Shown piece after piece: positions 1 through 8,169 of a stretch of 57,314 nucleotides of DNA. The number at the start of each line of letters is the position of its first letter. The first letter of the stretch is position 1. The DNA is from a virus (lineage: Duplodnaviria > Caudoviricetes), in IMG/VR virus record IMGVR_UViG_3300020438_000044, positions 1 through 57,314 of that record; one strand, 5' to 3'. The notes under the pieces were generated by a model that did not search any database, had not been told where the DNA came from, and saw nothing but the letters and a program-made list of their open reading frames with translations. A program made the translations under genes and the position numbers.

Positions 1-284
1 TCTCCTTCGCCAAATATCTCCTCCAACATCGGCTTATCCCAAGACCATCGCTCTCCTCTTGCACACGATACTTGAAATCTTGACGTTGTTTTCGACTGCT
101 CGCCCTCTACCTCTGGAAATGCCAAAGCAATCTCGTTCTGGAGTTGTTGTATCCTATCAAGTTTGTTTGGTAAATCTAACTCTAACGTGTAGAGTTCATG
201 GCATAGAAGGTCTAAGTGTTCTGATGGGGTTTCATCAGAGGCTTTGGTTGTACTGCCAAAGCTATCCCAACTGTCTGACGACAT
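1..284 (-). CDS. 5' part of the 141-aa protein at 56859-57284 (duplicate within the overlap)
   Basis: Same reading frame and RBS (AAGGAG) as the right-end copy. Confidence 0.85.
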   Translation of the reverse strand, partial: MSSDSWDSFGSTTKASDETPSEHLDLLCHELYTLELDLPNKLDRIQQLQNEIALAFPEVEGEQSKTTSRFQVSCARGERWSWDKPMLEEIFGEG

Positions 285-314
285 ATGCTTCTCCTTTTTT
301 GTTTTGCATCAGCG
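1..314. repeat. Terminal direct repeat / circular overlap, left copy (unit genome 57,000 bp)
   Basis: Matches 57001-57314 except at 7 positions (78, 99, 126, 138, 177, 250, 255). Confidence 0.97.
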
Positions 315-329
315 ATTATCGAATGATGC

Positions 330-372
330 TTTACATAAACCAGAATGTAATATATAAGTTACACAAATGCAA
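330..372. promoter_or_regulatory. Overlapping divergent sigma70-type promoters with operator-like dyads
   Basis: Plus strand TTTACA(330)-17-TATAAG(353). Minus strand TTGCAT(372)-17-TACATT(349). Inverted repeats TTACAT-N8-ATGTAA (331-350) and TGTAA-N8-TTACA (346-363). Confidence 0.7.
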
Positions 373-390
373 GCATTAAAGGAGAAAAAA

Positions 391-609
391 ATGTATAAAA
401 TAAATTTTTCTAGGCTTATCAATGACTTCGGAGGAGCATCGACAGTGGCTAGGAAGATAAAAAAAGCTAGAACAATACCTTATCAATGGGTAAAGAAAGG
501 CAAATGTTCAACACAAGTTCTGGAGGAACTAAAAAATATAAACCCAACATGCAGTATAGACGATTACTTTGAGGAGGATAATAATGGGAAAGGAAAACGT
601 AAAGCTTAA
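391..609 (+). CDS. Cro-like HTH transcription regulator (72 aa)
   Basis: AAGGAG RBS before ATG 391; 'LINDFGGASTVARKI...IPYQW' Cro-type pattern; first gene after the divergent promoter. Confidence 0.7.
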   Translation: MYKINFSRLINDFGGASTVARKIKKARTIPYQWVKKGKCSTQVLEELKNINPTCSIDDYFEEDNNGKGKRKA

Positions 610-2485
610 ACACGCTTTAGAATACTTAGAAAGAGGTTGGTCTGTTATACCAATAAAACCTCAAGGCAAACGACCTGCTATCAAGTGGCTTGAATATCAA
701 AATCGTTTACCAACAGAAGACGAGGTTACTAATTGGTGGACTCAATGGGAAGACTATGACATCGCACTTGTAACTGGCGAAATCAGTGGCGTTGTTGTTG
801 TCGATTGTGATAATGACAACGCTTACAATGCTTCTCAAGAAGCTAACATGAAGACACCAATCAAGGTGAAGACCAAACGTGGCATTCACTTATACTTTGA
901 ACACCCAAAAGACGGCATACGCAGAGGTCCGAGAGCAGGTGTAAACAGCAGAGGTTCAGACTGGCCCATGATTAATGGCTTAGACTTTAGGGGAGACGGA
1001 AGTTATGCGTTGTTACCACCTTCTAAGAACTATACGTGGGACTATCCAGTAGACGTATTCGATTATGATGAGATGTTTGTCTGGAAAGATTGGAAGCCGT
1101 CTTTAAAAGAACGTATTAACGATGGTGACTTTCATTTTTCAAAGCTAGACTTGAGTTCTGTCAAACCATTTGACCCTAATGAGATGCTTTCTGAATGGGA
1201 TAGAACGGCTAAGTATGTAAAAGAAACCTATCCAACTTCAATGAAGATACCATCTGGCATGAGTAATGGTAGGAATGAACGTGTTATGCGTTACATATCT
1301 GAGTGTATACTGAATGGATACTTTGGCTCTGAGTTAAGAGTCCGTGGTCTTGCGTTTATGAATGAGTTCTTTTTTGAATCTTTAGATGAGCGAGAGTTTG
1401 AAGCAACTGTCTGTTCTATGGAGCAGTCGGAGAAACGTAACCACCCAGAAAGATTCGATGAAGATGGAAACTTTATTGGGCAACCAGTTACTGAGGAGTT
1501 CAAAGACCGACCCAGAAAACTTATCCAGATGAAAGATGCAGACCAACTTATGGAGGAGAGTGCAGGCAAGACGTACTTGATTGAACCTTGGCTTCCTAAG
1601 AATACAATCGTGCAAGTGTATGGTTACAGTGGACATGGTAAGTCTATGTTTGTTCAACATTGTATATCTGCGTTGTGTAGTGGTAGAAAATACTTTGGTT
1701 GTTTCGAATTAGGTAAGCCTGCGAGAGCGTTGTACTTGGATTTTGAAATGGGTATGTCAACAATAGCTAGACGTCTGATTGAAATGAGACAGATGCATGG
1801 AGATACGCAGGACAGATTAAATATCTGGACACCATTTGTAGACAAGAAAGAAATAGACCTAAAGAAAAGAGAGGGACTCGAAGAACTGCAAGCGTGGATA
1901 ACATTCTCAGACCCAGACGTAATCATAATAGACACAATCAGGTCAGCTTATCCTGGCTTAATGGAGAACTCGGCAGACGAATGGAGCAGGGTTAACCAGT
2001 TAGCAGTTAAACTCAGGAACTCAGGACTTGCCGTCATTATGATACACCATTCTAACAAGCCGTCTGAAGGTGGTCTGGGTAGAGAAGCAGGCTCGACTAA
2101 CCAGTTGACTGTACTGGAGACACAGATAAAAGTGACTCAGGTATACAAAGACGAAGACACAGCAAAGCAAAATGCGGCTATCTGGGACGGAAGTTATCAG
2201 CGACCAGTGTTTCCTTTACTGGAGAGCAAGCTACCGAAAGACTATAGATTATATATGGTCATGGAGATTAAGTATGGGAAGGTCAGAGAGTGGACAGACA
2301 TGCATGACAGAGTGCAATGGGTGGGGTTCGGTGGACACAACACGAAAGATGAGCGATGCGTTGTCGCAAGTCAGTCAACAAAACAGAGAGCGAAAGCTAT
2401 GGCACTTGAAGGCAGTGACCCTACACACATTTCGGAGACACTTCAAAGACCCTTACGTCTCATCAATGAGTGGCTAGAACTTTAG
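584..2485 (+). CDS. Bifunctional primase-polymerase (Prim-Pol) fused to a RecA/AAA_25-type helicase
   Basis: N-terminal GWSVIPI..KRP, VVVDCD, RGIHLYF, LDFRGDGSY; GRN primase C-terminal motif; Walker A GYSGHGKS and Walker B IIIDT; GAGGAG RBS before ATG 584. Confidence 0.92.
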   Translation: MGKENVKLKHALEYLERGWSVIPIKPQGKRPAIKWLEYQNRLPTEDEVTNWWTQWEDYDIALVTGEISGVVVVDCDNDNAYNASQEANMKTPIKVKTKRGIHLYFEHPKDGIRRGPRAGVNSRGSDWPMINGLDFRGDGSYALLPPSKNYTWDYPVDVFDYDEMFVWKDWKPSLKERINDGDFHFSKLDLSSVKPFDPNEMLSEWDRTAKYVKETYPTSMKIPSGMSNGRNERVMRYISECILNGYFGSELRVRGLAFMNEFFFESLDEREFEATVCSMEQSEKRNHPERFDEDGNFIGQPVTEEFKDRPRKLIQMKDADQLMEESAGKTYLIEPWLPKNTIVQVYGYSGHGKSMFVQHCISALCSGRKYFGCFELGKPARALYLDFEMGMSTIARRLIEMRQMHGDTQDRLNIWTPFVDKKEIDLKKREGLEELQAWITFSDPDVIIIDTIRSAYPGLMENSADEWSRVNQLAVKLRNSGLAVIMIHHSNKPSEGGLGREAGSTNQLTVLETQIKVTQVYKDEDTAKQNAAIWDGSYQRPVFPLLESKLPKDYRLYMVMEIKYGKVREWTDMHDRVQWVGFGGHNTKDERCVVASQSTKQRAKAMALEGSDPTHISETLQRPLRLINEWLEL

Positions 2486-2608
2486 TTTCTTTCCGTCTAT
2501 GTACACGGCAACAAGTTTTGCGTCAGGAAAATGAACTCTAACTTTGTCCATTAATTCAGCAATGTCTGGGTGTTTCTTACGATTTTCTTCGGCTTGTTGT
2601 TGTGTCAT
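2474..2608 (-). CDS. Small hypothetical protein (44 aa, MTQQQAEENRKKHPDIAELMDKVRVHFPDAK...), below the ORF-track cutoff
   Basis: Translated by hand; protein-like amphipathic sequence; candidate promoter TTGCCA-17-TACAAC at 2721-2693. Confidence 0.6.
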   Translation of the reverse strand: MTQQQAEENRKKHPDIAELMDKVRVHFPDAKLVAVYIDGKKLKF

Positions 2609-2744
2609 TTATTTGTTACAACTACTTAAACTTCGTCTTATTGTTCCTTGTTTCCGTGGTTGGCTACGCCAAACCACGTAAGAACAAACGTAGTTGTAAC
2701 ATATTTTTTTTGATTTGGCAATACCCCTATGTTATTTAATTTAT

Positions 2745-3041
2745 ATGCCAAGAAGAGTATATGTAGATGAAGAAAATATATCATGGCTTAAAGCTAACCA
2801 TAGCAGGTTAAGCCACAAAGAGCTTGCTTCCAGATTTAATTGTTGCGTAGACACAATAAAACGGATACTTGTAAGACATAACTTACAAGACTTTGACGGA
2901 GCTAAGTACCAAGTCAAGAGAGTCAGTGATGAAAAGACATGGACTCGACCATGCATGGACTGTGGAGACACACATGCTAGACCAAAGAACTGGTACTACT
3001 GCGTTAATTGTAGACGTGAAAGGGGATACGAAGAACTATGA
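2745..3041 (+). CDS. HTH plus C4 zinc-ribbon protein, putative transcription regulator
   Basis: LSHKELASRFNCCVDTIKRIL helix-turn-helix; CMDC...CVNC. Confidence 0.65.
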   Translation: MPRRVYVDEENISWLKANHSRLSHKELASRFNCCVDTIKRILVRHNLQDFDGAKYQVKRVSDEKTWTRPCMDCGDTHARPKNWYYCVNCRRERGYEEL

Positions 3042-3427
3042 GTAAACAGAAAAGAAAAGGTGACACTTTCGAAAGAGAACTGGCAACGTACTTTAACGAG
3101 ACAGCAGACATGAACACAGCATATCGTGCGCCACTGTCTGGTGGAGGCAAGGTCAGTTCACATGGTGGAGCAGACTTAATCGGAGTGCCAGACCTATTTG
3201 TCGAAGCCAAGCGTGTAGAGCGTCTGAATTTTATGGACGCAATCAGACAGGCAGAAAGAAATTCACAGGAAACTAACAGCCCAGAGACGCCCATCGTTAT
3301 TAACAGACGAAACAGAATGACAACTGAAGAGAGCATTTGTTTCCTGCGACTAAAAGATTTTATGAAATATTACAACGCTTACCTACAACTAACTGGTAGA
3401 CAGAAAAGCAAAAATTCGGTAGCATAA
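3038..3427 (+). CDS. Holliday junction resolvase (Hjc-like PD-(D/E)XK)
   Basis: KRKGDTFERELA...ADLIG...VEAKR. Confidence 0.85.
   Translation: MSKQKRKGDTFERELATYFNETADMNTAYRAPLSGGGKVSSHGGADLIGVPDLFVEAKRVERLNFMDAIRQAERNSQETNSPETPIVINRRNRMTTEESICFLRLKDFMKYYNAYLQLTGRQKSKNSVA
3396..3425 (+). promoter_or_regulatory. Putative phage late promoter
   Basis: GTAGAC-N18-TAGCAT, same spacing as the copies at 3688, 17098 and 28594. Confidence 0.5.
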
Positions 3428-3449
3428 ACGCATAACTAAGGAGAAGTGT

Positions 3450-3629
3450 ATGGCGTACTCAACTAACAAAGGACTCGTCTTCGGTGCAAGTAAGATGAAT
3501 GGCACAAAGAAAAATGCTTTTCAAGGTTTGCAATTTCGTAATCGTTCACAATTACCATCACAGTTTGGCTCAAGTCTTAACAAACAAAAAGTCAACGTCT
3601 TCGGTGGCAGACTAAGAAAGCAGGTGTAA
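3450..3629 (+). CDS. Small basic protein (59 aa, MAYSTNKGLVFG...)
   Basis: AAGGAG RBS at 3438; translated by hand; no Asp or Glu. Confidence 0.75.
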   Translation: MAYSTNKGLVFGASKMNGTKKNAFQGLQFRNRSQLPSQFGSSLNKQKVNVFGGRLRKQV

Positions 3630-3630
3630 C

Positions 3631-3687
3631 ATGCCAGGACCTATGAAGAAGGGTAAAAAGAAAAAGAAGAAGATAGTCTACAAGTAA
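3631..3687 (+). CDS. Lys-rich micropeptide MPGPMKKGKKKKKKIVYK (18 aa)
   Basis: Starts 1 nt after the previous stop; AGGT upstream. Confidence 0.5.
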   Translation: MPGPMKKGKKKKKKIVYK

Positions 3688-3738
3688 GACGACTGTCTAC
3701 CACAATTAGTATACACTCTCCTTTGAAGGAGAGTGTAT
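3688..3738 (+). promoter_or_regulatory. Putative late promoter overlapping an SD-sequestering hairpin
   Basis: GACGAC-N18-TACACT; perfect stem ATACACTCTCCT/AGGAGAGTGTAT containing the SD. Confidence 0.7.
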
Positions 3739-4222
3739 CATCGAACCAATTAGTATAGCATTAGCCGCGTATTCGGCAATCAAGGCAGGCGTCTCGGCAG
3801 GACGTGAGATGCAAGACCTTGGCAAAGACATCGGAAAACTATTCGATGCCATTGACATTCTGCGTAACGACCACAACAAAAAAAAGAGTAGTCCATTTGC
3901 AGGCTCAGAGAATGAAGAGGCGATGGACACGTTCATCAACAAGAAAAAAGCTGAAGACTTGGAGAACGAACTGCGTCAGATAATCATGGAAACTAGGGGG
4001 TATGATGCTTGGCAAGAACTGCTCAAGCTACGTGCTGAAATCAGACGTAAAAGGAAAGAAGCCGAACGAGCAAGAATGCTCGCACGGCAGAAGTTGTGGG
4101 ATAATTTATGGTTGTACGGAGGTGTCTTTATTATCCTTGTTGGTATCTCCGTCATCTTGTTTTTTGTCGGCACTGCTCTCGTTGCCAGTGGCACTATCAA
4201 TAGTTGGCTCGGCAGAGGCTGA
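3737..4222 (+). CDS. Coiled-coil membrane-anchored protein, probable ATC start
   Basis: Frame of ORF 3809 extends upstream (IEPISIALAAYSAIKAG) to ATC codons 5-8 nt after AAGGAG; C-terminal TM helix. Confidence 0.7.
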   Translation: MIEPISIALAAYSAIKAGVSAGREMQDLGKDIGKLFDAIDILRNDHNKKKSSPFAGSENEEAMDTFINKKKAEDLENELRQIIMETRGYDAWQELLKLRAEIRRKRKEAERARMLARQKLWDNLWLYGGVFIILVGISVILFFVGTALVASGTINSWLGRG

Positions 4223-4447
4223 CTTGCGTGGTACTAATCTTGCCAACGTCTCGAATGTCCACCCACTGTAGTTGAGTGAGTTCCTCAACAAGTCAAGCAC
4301 TTGCATGCCACCTTGTATGTTGTCTATGTTGTCGGCAAATAATACCTCCGTACCGATAAGCTTTCCGTCTTTCTCTACGAGGTACAACTTACCTACCTCA
4401 ATCGTGTTGGGTCTTTTCTCTTCGCCATTGGCTTTTTGTTCTGACAT
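4106..4447 (-). CDS. Hypothetical protein, last gene of the early operon (convergent overlap of ~117 bp with the previous gene)
   Basis: AAGGAGG RBS; directly follows the integrase stop. Confidence 0.65.
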   Translation of the reverse strand: MSEQKANGEEKRPNTIEVGKLYLVEKDGKLIGTEVLFADNIDNIQGGMQVLDLLRNSLNYSGWTFETLARLVPRKSASAEPTIDSATGNESSADKKQDDGDTNKDNKDTSVQP

Positions 4448-5446
4448 TTAGTCCTCCTTTGGTTTGTTAATCAGATTTACTGTATCATGTAAATGAGATG
4501 GTGCAAGATGCGAGTATCTCATTACCATGTCAAGAGAAGTGTGACCAAGTAAGTCAGCAACTGCTCTCAAGCTTGCGCCTTTCTGCACAAGATGTGATGC
4601 AAACGTGTGTCTGCAATCATGGGGTTTAAAGTCTTCAATGTCTGCCTTAGCACATGCTTCACTGAAATACTTGTAAAATATATATTTGTTCCAAGGGTTG
4701 TAGTCGTCTGACCTAAAAACAAAATCATCGTTACCCTTGAACTCACGGAAACCATAGTCACTAACGTAGTCCACAAAGTTAATCGGAACTTTACGTCTGA
4801 GTGTACGTCCACCCTTACGAGAGACGACAACAACGTGGTAAGATTCCAACTCTCTTGCTTGCAGGTTGAATGCCTCGCCAAGTCTGACACCAGTATAAAA
4901 CAAGAACCTCAGTATCGGTTGCAAACTATAGTGAGACAAAGCAATCAACTTGTCTCGCTCTCTCTCCGTCAGCCATCGTACTCGTGCATCATCAGACGTT
5001 GGTTGCTTCAGCCTATACGTTGGCACACTACGACCCATGTCATTGTTATAGTTAATCATCGACTTAATAGACGTCATCTCTCTCGAAACACTATTGTCTT
5101 TGTTGCCTCGTCCCTTGAAATAGTCCATCACCTCGGCTTGTTCCAACGAACAGAGTACTCTGTGACCAAACTCATTCTGAAACAGACGTAAGTTAACCAA
5201 GTCTGTGCTGCCTGGCATGCTGCTTCGGCTGCCCAGGTACAACTTTATTGCGTCTGCCACTGTCGTCTTCGTACCCATGTCAACTTTCTTACCTGCGTCA
5301 CGGAATATTTCTCGCATTCTTTCTTTGGCTAACGTCTTCTGTCCAACAGAATACCCAGTTGACTTACGGATACGATGGGTGTAGCCCATCGTATCTTTAA
5401 CAAATCCATGAGCATACAGATGTCCGTTCCTTTCAACTAACTTCAT
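4448..5446 (-). CDS. int: Tyrosine recombinase / integrase
   Basis: Catalytic R (TGVRLGE), HxxR (HDCRH), LLGH, Y (MRYSHL). Confidence 0.95.
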   Translation of the reverse strand: MKLVERNGHLYAHGFVKDTMGYTHRIRKSTGYSVGQKTLAKERMREIFRDAGKKVDMGTKTTVADAIKLYLGSRSSMPGSTDLVNLRLFQNEFGHRVLCSLEQAEVMDYFKGRGNKDNSVSREMTSIKSMINYNNDMGRSVPTYRLKQPTSDDARVRWLTERERDKLIALSHYSLQPILRFLFYTGVRLGEAFNLQARELESYHVVVVSRKGGRTLRRKVPINFVDYVSDYGFREFKGNDDFVFRSDDYNPWNKYIFYKYFSEACAKADIEDFKPHDCRHTFASHLVQKGASLRAVADLLGHTSLDMVMRYSHLAPSHLHDTVNLINKPKED

Positions 5447-5651
5447 CTGTCTTCTCCTCTAGTATCTGTAATGCCTTTGTCTTCTGTCTTTTGTAGTATT
5501 CCAAAAGACTTTTACAATTCGCATCAAGTTCAAAAGTCTCAATGTAATCTATATGATTTTGAATTTCTTTGAGTGGCATATACTTACCAAACTTCCCTTT
5601 GTGTTGCTGTATTTTATTATGCGACACTCTTCTAAGATTTAACTTGTCCAT
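5433..5651 (-). CDS. Hypothetical protein
   Basis: GGAGG RBS; packed in operon. Confidence 0.65.
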   Translation of the reverse strand: MDKLNLRRVSHNKIQQHKGKFGKYMPLKEIQNHIDYIETFELDANCKSLLEYYKRQKTKALQILEEKTDEVS

Positions 5652-5652
5652 A

Positions 5653-7254
5653 TTATTTACCTCCCATTAGTTTGTATTCCTTGGTAATCGTACCAAGGTT
5701 CTTGTTACCTCTACCATGTTCCTTAACTCTTGTGGTAAATCCTTGTCTCTTAACAGAACCATCGTCATTATATAACGTCTTATACACTCTCGTATGTGCA
5801 TCAACCTCATGATACTTCTTCGGTGTACCAACACCACCTTGACCATTGCCATCAGTTCTGTAAAGATTGACACCCTCATCTTTCGGAAGGTTGACCTTGA
5901 GAACTACGTGGTCGTCCGATGGTATAGTCTCGCCACGTATCATAGTTCTTCTTCCCTTCGTCTCTCTAATCTCTTGAGTAATGTGTCGAGGATAGTTCCA
6001 TATATTCAACAACGACACAAGAAACCTTATGTCTCCCATAGCACCAAGCAATGAACTGAAGTCTGCCTTACTCTTCTGCACCTCATTCCTCACTGGGTCT
6101 ATGTCATGTCCAAGTCCTGCTTTCCACATGACGTGCTTTCTCAGCAGTTGCCAATCCTTATTGTGTTTCTTCTTGCTATTGTGGAAAGACCATATGTTTC
6201 CCCACAATGCTCTATCAACATTCAACGCAGACGGAATCGCTTTGTCTAACGACACATCGTGAGGATACAGTATCTCTTGCATTCTCTTCTTGAGGTCTTC
6301 CTCCTTCATGTACTTCTTACCATAAGTCGTCACATCGAATGGCGAATCTCTGTACTCCTTGATAACCTCATCATGGAAAGGCTCGGCAAAGTTCACGACC
6401 ATTCTCATGTCATGTATATAAACTTTGTTGTTCACATACTTAACTTTGTTGGCATCAATACCACTGTCAAACTCAGCATTGGTAAAGTATATAAAGCTAT
6501 CAAACGTATAAACGGAGTCGCCCAAATACATTCCATCTACGTCCTCGGTCTTGCGTATCCAATAACCAACAGACGGATTGACAATGGAAGACGTGACATC
6601 TCCATTGCTTATACCCCACTTGTCATCAAAGATTTTCTGTTGCCACCACTGCTTTGTTGGCTCGTTCCACTCAACGAAAAGGTTCTCAGATGGTGGCTCT
6701 GCATTACGTAAGGCAATCACTGCTTCCTCAGCCGTAAAGTTTGCACCTCTCCTTACAATGTCCTCCATCAAACTAGCATGAACAACTGCCTTCTTCGCCT
6801 TCATGAACTCCTTCTGATATTTCCTAATGGCTTTCTTACTCTGCTCATTGGCATCGTATATCTGCAACCCTTTGCTTGGTCGCTTGAAAGCATACGTCAC
6901 TTGCTCATGCAAGACTAGCTTGTTCATCTTGGACACAATTTTCTGCACAGTTCTCTCGTCTGCACCGACCTTGCCTTCTGAAAAACCTCTCGCTTTGTTG
7001 TAGGTTATCTTGCCCATCTGTATATCGTCCATCATTATATCTCTAAACGATGGTGGTTCATGCACCACTGGTGGCTCAATGTCAGACGACTTGAACTTGT
7101 GACCAGTGGCTTTGTCTCGTATCATGCTCTCCAAGAAAGGCATCATGTCTGCAAACTTTGGCATATCAAATAAGCCTACCCTCGCAGTAGACTTTTGAAG
7201 CTTTGGTGTCGCAGGCTTTACGAGTGTCCTTTTATTATGTGTCTTCTTTGGCAT
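5653..7254 (-). CDS. Early phage protein of unknown function (533 aa)
   Basis: Long ORF with RBS; C-terminal H-x-V-x-x-H-x-R...H-x-RG...G-x-I-x-K-x-Y pattern. Confidence 0.85.
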   Translation of the reverse strand: MPKKTHNKRTLVKPATPKLQKSTARVGLFDMPKFADMMPFLESMIRDKATGHKFKSSDIEPPVVHEPPSFRDIMMDDIQMGKITYNKARGFSEGKVGADERTVQKIVSKMNKLVLHEQVTYAFKRPSKGLQIYDANEQSKKAIRKYQKEFMKAKKAVVHASLMEDIVRRGANFTAEEAVIALRNAEPPSENLFVEWNEPTKQWWQQKIFDDKWGISNGDVTSSIVNPSVGYWIRKTEDVDGMYLGDSVYTFDSFIYFTNAEFDSGIDANKVKYVNNKVYIHDMRMVVNFAEPFHDEVIKEYRDSPFDVTTYGKKYMKEEDLKKRMQEILYPHDVSLDKAIPSALNVDRALWGNIWSFHNSKKKHNKDWQLLRKHVMWKAGLGHDIDPVRNEVQKSKADFSSLLGAMGDIRFLVSLLNIWNYPRHITQEIRETKGRRTMIRGETIPSDDHVVLKVNLPKDEGVNLYRTDGNGQGGVGTPKKYHEVDAHTRVYKTLYNDDGSVKRQGFTTRVKEHGRGNKNLGTITKEYKLMGGK

Positions 7255-7471
7255 TTGCTCCTCCTATTATACCATAAAAATCTTTTTCAGTGAGTGGCGA
7301 CAAGTCTTCTGTACTCTCAAGACTTGTAACCATAGCGACAGACTCGTTGTAAGTCCTTGAGTTTTTCATCAAGTCCTTCGCCAACTTCTCTGCGTCTTCA
7401 TACCTTGGTGTGTATACCAAGACCTTCTCATAAGATGTTATCTCCATCTTTACTATCCAACCTTTACTCAT
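7235..7471 (-). CDS. Hypothetical protein
   Basis: AAGGAGG RBS before ATG 7471. Confidence 0.7.
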   Translation of the reverse strand: MSKGWIVKMEITSYEKVLVYTPRYEDAEKLAKDLMKNSRTYNESVAMVTSLESTEDLSPLTEKDFYGIIGGANAKEDT

Positions 7472-7679
7472 TGCTATCCTCCTTAGCTTGTATGGCGAAC
7501 CCATGATACATAATTTCGCCAGAGTGTATTATTGTTGATTCATCGTAACATATTACGCAGTTGAAATTCTCTTCTAAGACATCGTTCAAAGCACCAATCG
7601 TGCCTTCAAAGGCTAGTCCCTCGTCTACGTCTTGTACTTTAAATCCTATGTTGTCTTTTATAAATGCATGCTTACTCAT
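7464..7679 (-). CDS. Hypothetical acidic protein
   Basis: Overlapping operon packing. Confidence 0.65.
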   Translation of the reverse strand: MSKHAFIKDNIGFKVQDVDEGLAFEGTIGALNDVLEENFNCVICYDESTIIHSGEIMYHGFAIQAKEDSNE

Positions 7680-8169
7680 TTTTTAACTTCCTTTCTGCTG
7701 CTGCCTCTACGTCTGCAAACGTATCGTACTCTCCAATCGGATTGAAAAACACGTCTACCTTGTAGCCAGTTTTGCTGTTTTCGATTTGATTTTTGTACTC
7801 ATGTGTGTAACCAACCACATAAGACTTTCTCTCAGGGTGGTTCGACTTGAACCCAAGCACACATAGTTTCTTCTCACTACATGGCTTGTCTGCATATAAC
7901 CAATCACCAACGATACGGAACATACCCTTCTTCGTGTAGTCAATCTCTTTGATTTCCTTTATCCAATACGAGTTATACTTTCGTCCCTTACTTGGATACT
8001 TGGATATACTACCTTTGATGGGTGTGCCTTTGGACACACCCCCACTCAACTCCTCTTGCGTAACAATGCCATCTTCTTTGGCTCTCTTCGCAACGATGAC
8101 CATGAACTCTTTCTTTTCGTCAACGTCTAGTATGTTGTACAAGTCGATAAGCTTTTCAATCACACTCAT
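7672..8169 (-). CDS. Hypothetical protein
   Basis: 165-aa ORF, TAATG coupling to the upstream gene. Confidence 0.75.
   Translation of the reverse strand: MSVIEKLIDLYNILDVDEKKEFMVIVAKRAKEDGIVTQEELSGGVSKGTPIKGSISKYPSKGRKYNSYWIKEIKEIDYTKKGMFRIVGDWLYADKPCSEKKLCVLGFKSNHPERKSYVVGYTHEYKNQIENSKTGYKVDVFFNPIGEYDTFADVEAAAERKLKNE

Noticed and set aside
59-379. Plus-strand 106-aa ORF, and the many antisense/shadow ORFs in the track
   Set aside because: They overlap well-supported genes on the other strand or frame and lack an RBS; SNP phase here supports the minus-strand gene
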